NCBI GenBank assembly: GCA_964035545.1
Contig: OZ037765.1
Location: 1,922,001 to 1,986,000, forward strand
DNA length: 64,000 bases
Source: Bugula neritina
Taxonomy: Eukaryota; Animalia; Bryozoa
Reading direction: 5' to 3'
In this document: positions 1-12,077 of the stretch, in pieces
Layout of the letters: each line of letters starts with the position of its first letter
Numbering within the stretch: position 1 is the stretch's first letter
Translations under genes and position numbers: made by a program
Notes under the pieces: model-generated
Told to the model about the DNA's origin: nothing
Databases searched by the model: none
What the model saw: the letters and a program-made list of their open reading frames with translations, nothing else

Positions 1-257
1 TATTTACACATTAATTTGAATCTCAGCAATAAGAAATACTTTGCAACTAAAACAAGGCATCACGGGAAAACAAGTTTTTCTAATAAGCTGCTACAAGAAA
101 AACATCAAAATATCAACATTGTTTATTTTATTCATTTTATGATTTAACAATAAGATAAGAATTTAACATATAAAAACTCTGTAGATTTTACAACAAAATT
201 TGCTAATAATTCTAACAATAAAATATTCTGAAACACATTTAAAGACTTTTCAAGTTA

Positions 258-455
<198 letters not shown>

Positions 456-812
456 TTACCTTATGCACAACAATTGATGGTTGCTAAGCAACCAATGAAA
501 TATAAGATATTATAACAATCAAATAAGTGTCAACAGAATGCTTTAGTAAAATTACTGAAATTATTTTCAAAATGCATTGTTGATCACTACAACAATGGTG
601 ATAGAAACAAATCAGTGTTCTTGACAAAAGTACAATATTGGCTTTGTTCTGCAAAGCTCCTGCTTTTATCACTTTATAATTAGTAAATAATATTATCAAC
701 AGTTAAATTAATAAAATTCTGCTGGTAAAATCGCAACAGTTTTAAAATAACAGTGAATTTGCAAAAACACCGCAAGTGTCAGGTCATATGATATGCATTG
801 ATTCAAACTCAC

Positions 813-910
813 GTGCCGCCGCCAGATGAGCCCCTCTGACTCATCAGAGACTCTAACTCATCCAGGAATATCGTTGAGGGAGCGTGAAATCTCGCTAATT
901 CAAACAGCAC
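813..910 (-). CDS. KATNAL2: KATNAL2 exon 9 (Walker B)
   Basis: CAG|[32 protein letters not shown]..|GTGAGT. Confidence 0.95.
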
Positions 911-1148
911 CTGCAATCACACACCTGGCTTAATTAATCAAAAGAGGCAAAAAGCAGTAACTTGCTTATATAGTGTCTGAGCATTATTTGTAATTTTATT
1001 GCAATGTACTGTGAGGGTTGCAAAGCTACACAAAAGTTATTTTTATGAAGAAAAAAGTAAAATAAAAATAAAACTCAAAGGTAGAATTAATTTGGTGACA
1101 TCCAAATTTTCATCAAACGTATGAGTCACCACATATTCAGATGAGTCA

Positions 1149-1409
<261 letters not shown>

Positions 1410-1986
1410 TTAAATTACATAATAACGCGAAGTAGGAATTATTCAAAGGGTTTTGTAGATGATCACTCGAACATGGTTCCACATCATGAACAGTGCACAT
1501 ACACAAAATACGCTGAAACTTTTGAGCCCGGCATAAACCACCGACAGTGCTAAAGTATTCTATACATTAAAATGCTAACTATAGTATTATATGCCCTGAT
1601 GCAGGCCTAACAATGCAGTAACTATCACGGTTCGTTGGATTCTAGCTGTTCAATTAACAATGAAATTATAACAAATAAACAAAAATGAGATATTACTAAC
1701 AAACTACATAATTGGTCAGTTCTGTTATGAACAAGTAATTGCCAACTCAACGAGTATAAATCTACCGCATGTCAAACGCAAAATGAATAAATTAACAAAT
1801 TAATTTATCAAATCCAGCATATCTTCCAGCACATTATAGAATAAACTGTAGTCTACAACATAGGGCTGCTAAACAACACATTAGTTTTAAACTCAATCAA
1901 ACTGTAGTGTGACTAGCAGAAAGGAGACATTAAAAAAGTGCAAACAAATATTTCACAATTTACTCAGCTAAAATATACTTTAACTA

Positions 1987-2109
<123 letters not shown>

Positions 2110-2304
2110 TTAATACAGACTATATCAGGCAAAAGTCATTCAACATTAAAACTCTATTATACAAATTACATATCAAGCAACAAACTCTTTATGAAAAGGT
2201 GTAATAGATGTTAGTTTAGATATTACTAATGATGAGAAGAAAGTATAAAGAGTAGAGATAGGACCGTACATTCTTGCATTACAATGTGTCTAGCATTTAC
2301 CTAC

Positions 2305-2454
2305 CCTAGATATGACTTGTGCTAACTCTCTCCATTCATTACTATAGCCTAAGTAACCACCTAAAGGTTTGAGGAGTCTGTCATCCTGCCCTTCCTCAGC
2401 ATTTAGCCGAGTAGCTTCATTTATCATAGACCGGAAATCTATGATAGGGCCAGC
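2305..2454 (-). CDS. KATNAL2: KATNAL2 exon 6
   Basis: CAG|AGPIIDFRSMI...DRLLKPLGGYLGYSNEWRELAQVISR|GTAGGT. Confidence 0.9.
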
Positions 2455-3107
2455 CTGGAAAGATAAATCCAATAATAGAAGTTGAGTATAAATTGTTAGA
2501 ATAACAGATCAAATGTAGAAATACAACTTTAATAAAAATTATGTAAGAAAATAATGGTGCATCTAATTCATCTGTGACTGGCAAAAAGCAAGTTTAACAA
2601 CACACCTGAGTTTTTTGTCCTAAAGGTAATTTTGGTTGCAAAGGAATTTATTATTTTAACCATATGTTTTAATAACCAAATCTACAGCAAATTTCAAATT
2701 AACTAAAAAGAGTCTTGTTAAATATACAATGACTTAGTGTTTACACTCCTTTTATTGAAGCTGCATGTGGGTGAATACAGTATAAATTATGTTATAGGCA
2801 CTGCACAAGTTGCTAAACTTTCTGCCAACTTGTTGTGCATAGCATCGAATCTTTCAAATACACCTAGTATTTAAATCTAACATGATGTTCACAATATCAC
2901 TATAGTCTCAGCAAAAGAGAGCAAAGTTTAAGAAAAAAATATCAAATAATACTATTGTAAAATTCTTCTCTCTTGACTTTTTATGCCTCCTGTTACTAAA
3001 CAACAATTATTAAATTAAAGTTACTTTTATTATAAATTATTATCTTTGCCATAAAATAAACCGTTTTACTTTATTTTCTAAACAACAAACATATATTAAA
3101 GGTTCAC

Positions 3108-3200
3108 CTTTGATTTTGCCGCTTTCTTGATTTCTGCTGTCGGCTGGTTGCTGCCTTGAATCATCAGACCATTCAGCAGCTGCTCGTCCTCCCCAGTAGC
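3108..3200 (-). CDS. KATNAL2: KATNAL2 exon 5 (linker)
   Basis: AAG|ATGEDEQLLNGLMIQGSNQPTAEIKKAAKSK|GTGAAC; 93 nt, open, phase 0-0, a GC-richer island. Confidence 0.7.
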
Positions 3201-3639
3201 CTTGAATAAAGTTCTTATGTAATACATGGCATCAAAGTTATCTACATTCTTCATTCACAATATAGAAAACCAAAACAGACTATTGAGTAAACAAAAATTT
3301 GCACATGCTTTCTAACTACCATAAAGATTATATTATGCTACTCTATATTATATGGTTAATAGAAAAATTGTACATTGGAAATAAAAAGTATATTACTAAA
3401 CACCAAATCTGATATTTATAAAAAAATTAAAAATGTCGCTAAAAGCTAACATTTCAGCAGCTTTGCTTCTATTTTATGGATGTTAATTTTTGCAGCATGT
3501 ATATCTCTAAGCTAAGTATAATAGAAAATACTAGAATGTTTTAATATAGAAAATATTAGACATTAGAGATCTTTGAAGCTTAAGATGTTAACATTATGCC
3601 AATAATTCAAACAGCCACAGAAATATTAAAACTATTCAC

Positions 3640-3854
3640 CGGCTTAGATTCCTTCTTAGAAGAGGCAGGACCTTGTCTGGATCGAGGGCGACCATTAGCA
3701 CCCGGACTAGTTTGCCTCTGTGCTGAGATTTTAGGCAGCGTAGGTGTGCTGTGGCTTTTTGATATTCCATTGGTTATTGCAACTGGTTTAGCTTTAATAC
3801 TGGTAGAGTTTTGTACTGCAGAGCTACCCTTGTGCAGTCCACTGGTATTTCGAC
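3640..3854 (-). CDS. KATNAL2: KATNAL2 exon 4 (low-complexity linker)
   Basis: TAG|GRNTSG...PTLPKI...KKESKP|GTGAAT; phase 1 to 0 fits its neighbours. Confidence 0.8.
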
Positions 3855-4149
3855 CTAAGAGTAACCACATTTAGTTGGGTAAAGCATTTCAAGCATTCAC
3901 TAAGTTATATACTAGTATTATGAGGTCATGGGGTCAATTTCTTAAACAATAAAGCCAACATTGTAAACATCATTCAAAATAGAAAATCAGTCGCCCACTA
4001 AACTTTTTTTCATTTCATTATCTAAGTTTCAGTACCAGCTACTAGACTGCAAACCAAGACATATTATTACATTAATTATTATTACAATAAAACCCAAATA
4101 TGGAGTTAGATAAAAACTATTAAGAATATTAGTTTTATGTTCAACATAC

Positions 4150-4316
4150 CAGTTTCTGTAAGCTTCTTAATGACTTTGGGATATTTCTGGAATCTCACGA
4201 AGTAGTAGGATTCGTACTCCATAATAACAGTCTCCAGATCAATATTGTCACATACATCATACTTACTCATGTCTAAGTTTGTCTCCTTACTCAGCACATT
4301 AGCCGACTCAACATAG
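4150..4316 (-). CDS. KATNAL2: KATNAL2 exon 3 (LisH region)
   Basis: [14 protein letters not shown]...[31 protein letters not shown]; splice sites and phases (2 to 1) consistent. Confidence 0.92.
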
Positions 4317-4606
4317 CTGTAAAAAACAATCACTATATTCGTAGCACCTTTATTCATATAAATAATAAAAAAAATATAGGACTGAAGATATACAACATGA
4401 TATTTCTAAACAACGTGACTAGAGCCAAAAATATCTTGATACTGTGAAAACTTGCAACATTTTCACAAAGTTATAAAAATACATTTTACGCACAGCTAAG
4501 AGCTTTTCAATAAGGACTCTAATATTTTAAAATTTTTAATGATGTAATATAACTCCACAAATAAGATAAAATTTAATTTTTGGACAAAATAGTCATATAG
4601 TATTAC

Positions 4607-4677
4607 CCTTGTTCACTGAGATAGTGTAGAATTAGCACCAATAAGCTACGTCTTCTCTGCTCAGTACGCTGTTCATC
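4607..4677 (-). CDS. KATNAL2: KATNAL2 exon 2 (start of LisH motif)
   Basis: AG|DEQRTEQRRRSLLVLILHYLSEQG|GTAATA; phase 0 to 2. Confidence 0.9.
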
Positions 4678-5160
4678 CTTAAAAAGAAAAAACACAATTA
4701 TTTAAATATAGGTGATTTTGTTGGCAACTTTTTTTGTTTTATCTAGAGCAAATTCAGAACAAAAGTGAAAAGCTATTGCAGTAGTTACAAAATAGATCAT
4801 AAATTAAATTGCTAATTTCTGGAGACAAAAACAATGACAAGACATGTTTGAAACTAACTAAAGTCAGTTGGTTGAATATAAAAATGACACTCAAACTAAA
4901 ATTAAAAAACAAACAAAAAACAACACAACTTATTTTTCAAATAAATGAATTAATTGATATCTTTTTAGCAACTTCTATGAGCAAATACCAAAGCAAAAGA
5001 TTATTTTAGAAAAACTAAAAGGGTCAAAACAAAATACTAGTTATCAATATTAACTAAATTCAAATAATGACAATACAAGTCAGTTGCTCACGTTAACTCT
5101 TTCAGAGATGATAGAGTTATAAATTATTTATAGAACATTCGAATGTAAACTCAAACTTAC

Positions 5161-5214
5161 AGCTTCGCGAGCTTGATTGGCAGAGCGTATCATCTGATAG
5201 CTAAGATCGGACAT
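5161..5214 (-). CDS. KATNAL2: Katanin p60 ATPase-containing subunit A-like 2, coding exon 1
   Basis: ATG at 5214 gives MSDLSYQMIRSANQAREA followed by a GTAAGT donor; resembles the KATNAL2 N-terminus (MELSYQ...QAREA). Not in the ORF track. Confidence 0.9.
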
Positions 5215-5612
5215 AATTACTTTATTGTTGTACAAATTTTAGATGACCATTATTCTATAGTTGCCACCACGTCATTTTTTACCGTTGATTCTAACAAAAA
5301 TGGCAAAGTATTAATATAGTATAGACATATTGATAGTCATAGTGATTATATCGCCAACCACACCACACATAACCACCATTGTTGTGTAGCAACTGCGATA
5401 CAGCTTGAACGACAATCTACCGGAAAACAGCGCGTGCTAACTTGAAACCAATCCGCTGCGAGATCTTCCTGTATTATCCAACCAATACGACACTATTATT
5501 AACATGTGTAGAAGAAGAAATTTAAAGGGTCAAGGACTTTCCTTACACCTAGTCGTTCCCAAAAGCAAATTCTGTTAGTTTTCTCACTCTGATACACCTG
5601 AAGGCTTACAAA
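5215..5612. promoter_or_regulatory. Bidirectional promoter region KATNAL2/RPS19BP1
   Basis: Divergent ATGs 399 bp apart; CpG-richer patch, X-box-like GTTGTGTAGCAAC (5381-5393), ETS-like ACCGGAA (~5419) and CCAAT boxes (~5448, ~5482). Confidence 0.65.
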
Positions 5613-5694
5613 ATGTCACACTCTCTTATTCGCAGAGGACTTGATTTATACAAAGATGATTTACAGGGCAACACTGACAGTTCTAGAAAAATAT
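5613..5694 (+). CDS. RPS19BP1: Active regulator of SIRT1 / RPS19-binding protein 1, exon 1
   Basis: MSHSLIRRGLDLYKDDL...|GTAAGA; matches the AROS N-terminal MSxxLLRRGLEL motif. Confidence 0.88.
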
Positions 5695-5739
5695 GTAAGA
5701 TTTTGAGTTTTTCAAATTCATGTCATTTTCAATAAAATC

Positions 5740-5900
5740 TAATCATTATCATAATGATTATCATTATGGTTATCATTATCATTATGATTATGATTATTTA
5801 TTAATTATAATATAATATTATTTATTTTATCAATATTATCATAATAATTAATATTATCATTATGACTATCTGCTTATAATTATGATTACCTTTATGGCAT
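5740..5900. repeat. Degenerate (ATT/ATC/ATG)n low-complexity tract in RPS19BP1 intron 1
   Basis: attatcattatgattatgatt... visible directly. Confidence 0.8.
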
Positions 5901-6816
5901 TGTCATTGTAATAGTGATACTCACAGTTTCACTAATTGTCATTCTCATTCAACTTTGATTTTTTCAGTTTTTGTTTCTTTTTACAAACATTTTACTGTAA
6001 GAGTTTAACTTCAAGTTTAAGTATGTGATTCCATTTAAAATTTATTTTTATAAGTTCTAAAATCAAATTGAACCTAAACATCATGTTGATATTGAGATGA
6101 AATTCAAATTGACAACTTCAACTGCCTTTTCACCTTAATTGACTGAAAGCTTAAACTACCAATTGCAATTATGTATAACATTCACATTGAGTTTTGCAAT
6201 GTCATAATGATAATCGCTATCCGTATCACTGTCATATAGTCATGATTCTAAGGCTTAGTGAATTTCATGTATATTTGTAGCATATACTCATGCATATAGT
6301 CACATACTTATATAATTTATAGTTTTGTTATATTCGATGTTCTATCTATCTCAAACCTCTGATTATCGACAACTCACAACTTGCACGAGTAATAATAGAA
6401 ATGACTCATTCAAACCTAACAACTACAAGTTAAAGTAGACAAATGCAGTAAAGAAAAAATTTAATCGCTTAAGCTGTTGAATTCTTTTCAACTTCAAATT
6501 TGCACAACAAAAATTAACCTCTTGCTACATCTTTATCTAAAAAAACAGGTTTTTCTCAATTTCTCCATTATGCATGCGTGTATTATTTTGTTTTTTAAAT
6601 GATGCACGAAGCACAAGTTAATAATATGCTGTAATATCATTTTTGACATAAATGTTTACTATCTGGCATTTTAGTCTGTTGAAATTGAAATTATGATTTT
6701 TAAGTTTGCAATGTTGCTTTTTATCAACTGACCATTATGAATAGGCCTAAGGATATATGACCTATGACCTTGTGTATGCAGCAGATATCTCTATGTGGAA
6801 GATATATATGTTTTAG

Positions 6817-6960
6817 CTCACTGTAGACAGAAACTTACAGAAAAAGAGCTAATAACAATGGTGGGCACCAATAAAAAAGGCTTCAGGCGAAAGTTGAAAA
6901 GGTTGCAAGCAAAGCAAAATGCCACAACCTTGAAAGACAAAAAACTCAAATCACAACCAG
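6817..6960 (+). CDS. RPS19BP1: RPS19BP1/AROS exon 2
   Basis: TTTTAG|..HCRQKLTEKELITMVGTNKKGFRRKLKRLQAKQNATTLKDKKLKSQP|GT; basic, phase 1-1. Confidence 0.8.
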
Positions 6961-7405
6961 GTCTGCATCAAACTAACATTTTCTCTTCAATGAAACCTTC
7001 ATGTCAATTTTCATCGAAATTTATTGCTTATTTTATCTCTTCTACATAAACAATTAAAAATTCGCCAAGATATCGATATGGCAGAAATACTTAGTAAAAA
7101 ATTCCTAATGAAAGCGAAAGTCAACACCAAGTCTTTCATTTATATGTTTAAAACTGTTATGTGAATTTTCACTATATTTATTGCTTATTTTCTTTTTATT
7201 ATAAAAACATTAGGAAATTTACTAGAAAATTGTTTAGTAAAAAATGTGCAATTATCTACAAATACTTTTGCCAACAATTTCCAAATAGATCTATTTCCTT
7301 TTTTATTTTAAATTATTTGAACTGTACAATATTATACTTAGAGAAACTATCTTTTTACAAGTGACTGACATGCCCAGCTCATTCACACTGTTTTGTCTTT
7401 TCAAG

Positions 7406-7509
7406 ATCTGTATGAAAGTTATACTCGCCATGATAATACCGACTCTAATATTAAAGCTCTGAATCTCATGCGTCTGCTGAATAAAGATGAACAAAAAGTT
7501 ATTGAAATG
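7406..7509 (+). CDS. RPS19BP1: RPS19BP1/AROS exon 3
   Basis: AAG|DLYESYTRHDNTDSNIKALNLMRLLNKDEQKVIEM|GTAAGT; phase 1 to 0; similar to the AROS D..RVNLKFL segment. Confidence 0.8.
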
Positions 7510-7820
7510 GTAAGTTTGACGTCACAAAGTCTGGTCGGGATTGCAGTGGTCATGTTTCAGTTGCACTAAACAACTGTTACAGGTTTTCACTTACTATTTT
7601 TGTTCATATATTTTCACAATTCAAAATCTTAACACAAATACATTTACTTTGCATTTTTCTCCCAGATCAATTTTACTGGCAGAAAAATATTTTGATATAT
7701 TAGGTGCCAGAATATTTATATGAATTTTATGATTAAATATGTGTATTTACTTTTTGATGGCTTTGAAATTCATTTTAAAAAATGTTTTTCAACCATAATG
7801 TTGAATGTTGTATTTCCCAG

Positions 7821-7964
7821 GCTGCTGAAAAGCACGAAGCAAAGTCCAGTAAACAAAAGAAACGTAAATCAGATAAAAATACCGCTTCTGGTGGTACAAC
7901 ATCCAGTTCTGTGTTCACAGAAGAGGACTTTCAAAAATTCTTCAAAGAATACAATTTTACATAG
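7821..7964 (+). CDS. RPS19BP1: RPS19BP1/AROS exon 4 (last)
   Basis: CAG|AAEKHE...SSVFTEEDFQKFFKEYNFT*; diagnostic VFTEEDFQKF C-terminus; AATAAA at 8027. Joined protein 157 aa. Confidence 0.92.
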   Translation, partial: AAEKHEAKSSKQKKRKSDKNTASGGTTSSSVFTEEDFQKFFKEYNFT

Positions 7965-8294
7965 CTTTGTCTACTTTTATTTAACAAATACATAACTTTA
8001 GAATAATGTCTAAAAATATATTGCAAAATAAAAATCTTGCTTAAGTAAAAATAGTGTGAGATTTGGCTCCATTTATAGCCATGTAGTTACGTATAACAAT
8101 GATTTTAAATTTCACATTCTGTTGACTTTGAAAAAAGGAAATTAGAATTGCTTAATTCATTTGCCCTGCCAATCAAACAGAATTTATTAATGTGTTATTC
8201 AATTAATTTAAAAAACATTCTCAGGAACGAAAAACTTGACTAACAAGCCAACTGCACCAATTTTTAATATTCAGGAAACTGAAGTGTCTTATAT

Positions 8295-8549
8295 CTAGCT
8301 TAGCTCTATTCCACACACATCTGCCATACAGAACTTGGCCCGGCACATCGGACACCCTGCTTTACCAGATAACCAAGTCTGAGTATTATTCTGGTCTTGT
8401 CTGTAGCTGAACCACTTGGCCAGGCAGTCAATACACCATAAAGGTTTGCAGTAACACTCTTGGCAGTCGCCTTCACCAGGGGGCGCACATAGCTTCACTA
8501 TCTTCACGTTAGCAGTTTCCTGCATGCATCCCATACAAGGCTCCAACTC
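8295..8549 (-). CDS. TMEM129: TMEM129 exon 5 (C4C4 RING, last exon)
   Basis: ELEPCMGCMQ...CQECYCKPLWCIDCLAKWF...CPMCRAKFCMADVC*; minus-strand AATAAA at 8183-8188. Confidence 0.96.
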   Translation of the reverse strand, partial: ELEPCMGCMQETANVKIVKLCAPPGEGDCQECYCKPLWCIDCLAKWFSYRQDQNNTQTWLSGKAGCPMCRAKFCMADVCGIELS

Positions 8550-8896
8550 CTAGCAAAAGTACAGTGAAAATCAACATGCAGGTTATAAAACGCTTATTCA
8601 AAGTTCTTGAATGTCCCAACAGAGCTTCAACTTCTGGCCACAAAAATTACCACTGCTGGGCTAAGTTAAATTCGAAAACTGAGTAGGAATAAAGTGTCTT
8701 GCTATTTGTTGCAATAGATAAAATAAACCAGTATTACAACACATGGTATATAGACTCTACAAAACATTTGAATCTCTTATTTCACCTGGATTCAAAATGT
8801 CTTGTAAATATTGCCAAATAAGACTAAGAAATACATGCTGCAAGTCCAATGCAAATCAGTCATCTAAATAGCAGGTATAGAGCCCTTGCAACTCAC

Positions 8897-9065
8897 GTAA
8901 CCAGCTACTTCCGAGTTGAAGGTGTAAGGTGGGTTTGCCTTGACTGTCTCAGTGAATGCATCCACAAACAACTCTGTTACAGTCTGTTTCACCACAATAT
9001 TTCTAGCATTGACAACAGGGGCATGTAGCTTGCTCCTCAACTCTGTGTAATCAATTGACCTAAGG
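8897..9065 (-). CDS. TMEM129: TMEM129 exon 4
   Basis: TAG|LRSIDYTELRSKLHAPVVNARNIVVKQTVTELFVDAFTETVKANPPY...|GTGAGT; not in the ORF track. Confidence 0.92.
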
Positions 9066-9333
9066 CTACAAACAACAGATAGTCTATTTAAGTTAGAGTT
9101 TAAAAGAGAAATTCATGCTGAATTTTAGCAAAATCTTTTATTCTAACATTGCAATTTAAGCCAAAAGAAGATTCTAAAATACAAAAACCAACGACTGTCT
9201 AGCAGACAAGGTGTCTTGAGACCTACTCTACCATATTTCAACTATACATTTGTTCCCTTTTCAGTGATTTCCTGTGATTCTATGATATCAAGTTCAAATG
9301 AGTTTAATGCAGTAATAGGAGTGGCAATGTTAC

Positions 9334-9524
9334 CGTATAATAAATGGGCTTTGAGATTTATCAACAGGGCGCACGTCTATTTTTAGCATCTGCACCCCAT
9401 GAGGAGATTCTTCTGAAATAGTGTATTCTTCACTCCCACATAGACTGAGTATGCAGTTGGTCTGCTGGGCAATGTCAAGGTTATATGTCCCTATCTTTAT
9501 TATCCAGTTGTCAGTCACATGAAC
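9334..9524 (-). CDS. TMEM129: TMEM129 exon 3
   Basis: TAG|VHVTDNWIIKIGTYNLDIAQQ...PFIIR|GTAACA. Confidence 0.92.
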
Positions 9525-9790
9525 CTATAAAAGGGAGGTCACCCAATCACAATAAAACAAAGAAATCTATGGTTCTGAAAATCATGTTCTTACTAGGAAC
9601 TATGAAGAGCCCTGAGATATTACAAATAAGCAGAACAAAATAAAAAAATCAATTCAGCTTATTCTCATTGGAGAAAAAAATCTTAATTAAACTAATTTGC
9701 TTTATTACAAAAAAATGTGGATATAAACTAAATAACGAGAGGGCAGACTTATGAAAATATATGATGAACAAAATTAAAAAAAGACTCTAC

Positions 9791-10083
9791 CTTTTGAGAA
9801 TAATGGCCGCTACTAAATAAATCTGGCCTTCGCATTTCTACATTTATAGCATTAGCAACAGCTACACTTGATCTGCTGGGTTCATTAGAAGGATATAGAT
9901 TTTTCAACTTTGACATAAGAGGGTGGTGTGCCCACCCATCCTGGCTCCATAACAGAACACAGCCTACTGCGGCCAATGGCAATACAATTGAGCCTATGAA
10001 CCCTATTTGAATAAGCAGAGCCAAACTGCTAAACTGATAGATGTACTGTTCTGCATTAGTCCAAGCTAGAACCAATACATAAC
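9791..10083 (-). CDS. TMEM129: TMEM129 exon 2 (transmembrane segments)
   Basis: GYVLVL...WSQDGWAHHPL...VANAINVEMRRPDLFSSG..QK|GTAGAG; phase 1 to 0. Confidence 0.9.
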
Positions 10084-10826
10084 CTAAAAACAAGGATATA
10101 TTTCTTATAAAACAGCATTATACCAATGTACAACTGTACACGGAAGACAGTATAATAACTATGTGTTTGAATAACATTAAAGCAAGTAAAAGGCTGAGTG
10201 AGTAACCATTAGGCAATCATTTTTAATGTGATATTACTGGAAGATCCTGGAACTTTGCAGGCTGAAAATATGTTAGCATTTAGTCAGATAATTTATTATA
10301 TAACTAAAAGCTGTGTCTTTAGTAGTTTAATTTGTTAATGGCTCAACAATGCAACATTTCAATTGCATTGTTGGCTTAATAATTTAATTACAGTCACATT
10401 CTAACTTGCATTGAATTTAATTAATTTACCTTTCTGTCTCTAACTACAATTGAAGCTAATACCATTAACATTACATTTCTTATTCTTTAACCATTTCATC
10501 AACATTTAATTTAATCGAAAAATAAAATCTTATGTTTACAGACTACAGAATAGTTTGTGACTAAAATTTTAAGATAGATTATAGCACACTAAATCTAATA
10601 TTATGCTAACTGCTATTAGACAGTAGGCTATATTCATTTGTTAGCCATGTTATCATAATATTTATACTATACATATGAGTACTATATTATATACCTCAAA
10701 CATATAATAATGATTGTATATTATTATAAATACATACTAAAATTTAATGCAATAATTATAAGTATAATATTAAATTTAAAACTGATAACCAGGTTAATAA
10801 ATCCAAGTATAACTTTATTAACAAAC

Positions 10827-11031
10827 CTAAAGGAAGAAGTGCATGAACTACTAGAGTTATTGAGGCCCTTCTAATGTGATATTTAATAAAGTCAACTCTT
10901 TCATCGCCCAAAAGTCCTCCAAATAAATTTTGAATGGTCAGCCCTGCAGCAGCGACTTCTTGTGGTGGAATGACAAAAACAAGACAGAGAAAACAATACA
11001 CTAAACCATAAATATTTTCCGATGTTAACAT
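10827..11031 (-). CDS. TMEM129: E3 ubiquitin ligase TM129, exon 1
   Basis: MLTSENIYGLVYCFLCLVFVIPPQEVAAAGLTIQNLF..LLGDERVDFIKYHIRRASITLVVHALLPLG|GT. Confidence 0.92.
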
Positions 11032-11629
11032 AATTTCATTCAAGATTCTTTATAAAGTGCTACAACTTATAACTACAATTTTTTCCCTTCAAATTTCACT
11101 AATGAGTCAGTAAGAAGAAAAAGCAGTTGAAAATCAATTAAGTAACTTTAATAGAAATTGAATTAATTTTTTATTTTATTAAATCTGTCGGATGAAGATG
11201 ATGAGTTGTTTTGTTGTAAAATTGATGACTGCAGGCGGTAGTTGGCGGATAGTATATATTGTTTTAAATTTACCTGTTTTTGTGTATGTGTGCGCTAAAA
11301 GTCAAGGTTTTCAAACTATCTTTTGAGTCCGGACGGTCGTAAATCAAACACCATTATTAACTCGCAGAAGCGCCCAATCCGTTTTAAGTCTGTGCTAGGT
11401 GACGGCCTTAACTTTACTAAGCCTGCCCCTTTTTCATATAGTTAGTTCCTTATTTTTCCAATTATCAAATTCAATTAATTGAATATATTATTATTGTGTA
11501 TTTTAACTTTGATTTTTAATGTATAGATATAGCAATAAATGCAAAGTCGAGCTTTTTCCATAATATTTTTTCGCCAAACACCAGGCAATACTAAAAGTAA
11601 AAGTAAAACTAAATGTTAATTTTAAAGTT

Positions 11630-12060
11630 AATCATAATGATAATGTTACCCTAACTCTAAGTCTAACTTAAACTATCACTATCAGAATGAGTATCGCTAT
11701 TAGTATGACCATGAGACATGAGTATGAGATTGAGTGTAATAATCTTTCATTAATGATTAGTCATAATGATAATGATTATGATCACCATGATGATTATAAT
11801 GATTTTTTATAATAATAATCATAATGATCTAATAATAAACTAAAGTTATATAAATTAGTTTCATAATAATAATTAAATTTTATATTTTTATAATTTTCAC
11901 TATTACTATTACTATTAGTATTAGTTTAGACTTTAAGTTTACAGTAAAACTAAATAACTAAATAATTAAATAATTTAATATTAAATTTACTAAACTACTG
12001 TTAGTGTTAATATAAGTATTACTATTACTATTACTATTAGTACTAGTACTATCTCTATGA
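11630..12060. repeat. Degenerate tri/hexanucleotide low-complexity tract
   Basis: ataatgataatgattatgatc, actattactattag runs. Confidence 0.75.
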
Positions 12061-12077
12061 GTACCAAGTGTAGTGTT

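Noticed and set aside
3596-3874. 92-aa plus-strand ORF
   Set aside because: Antisense shadow of KATNAL2 exon 4.
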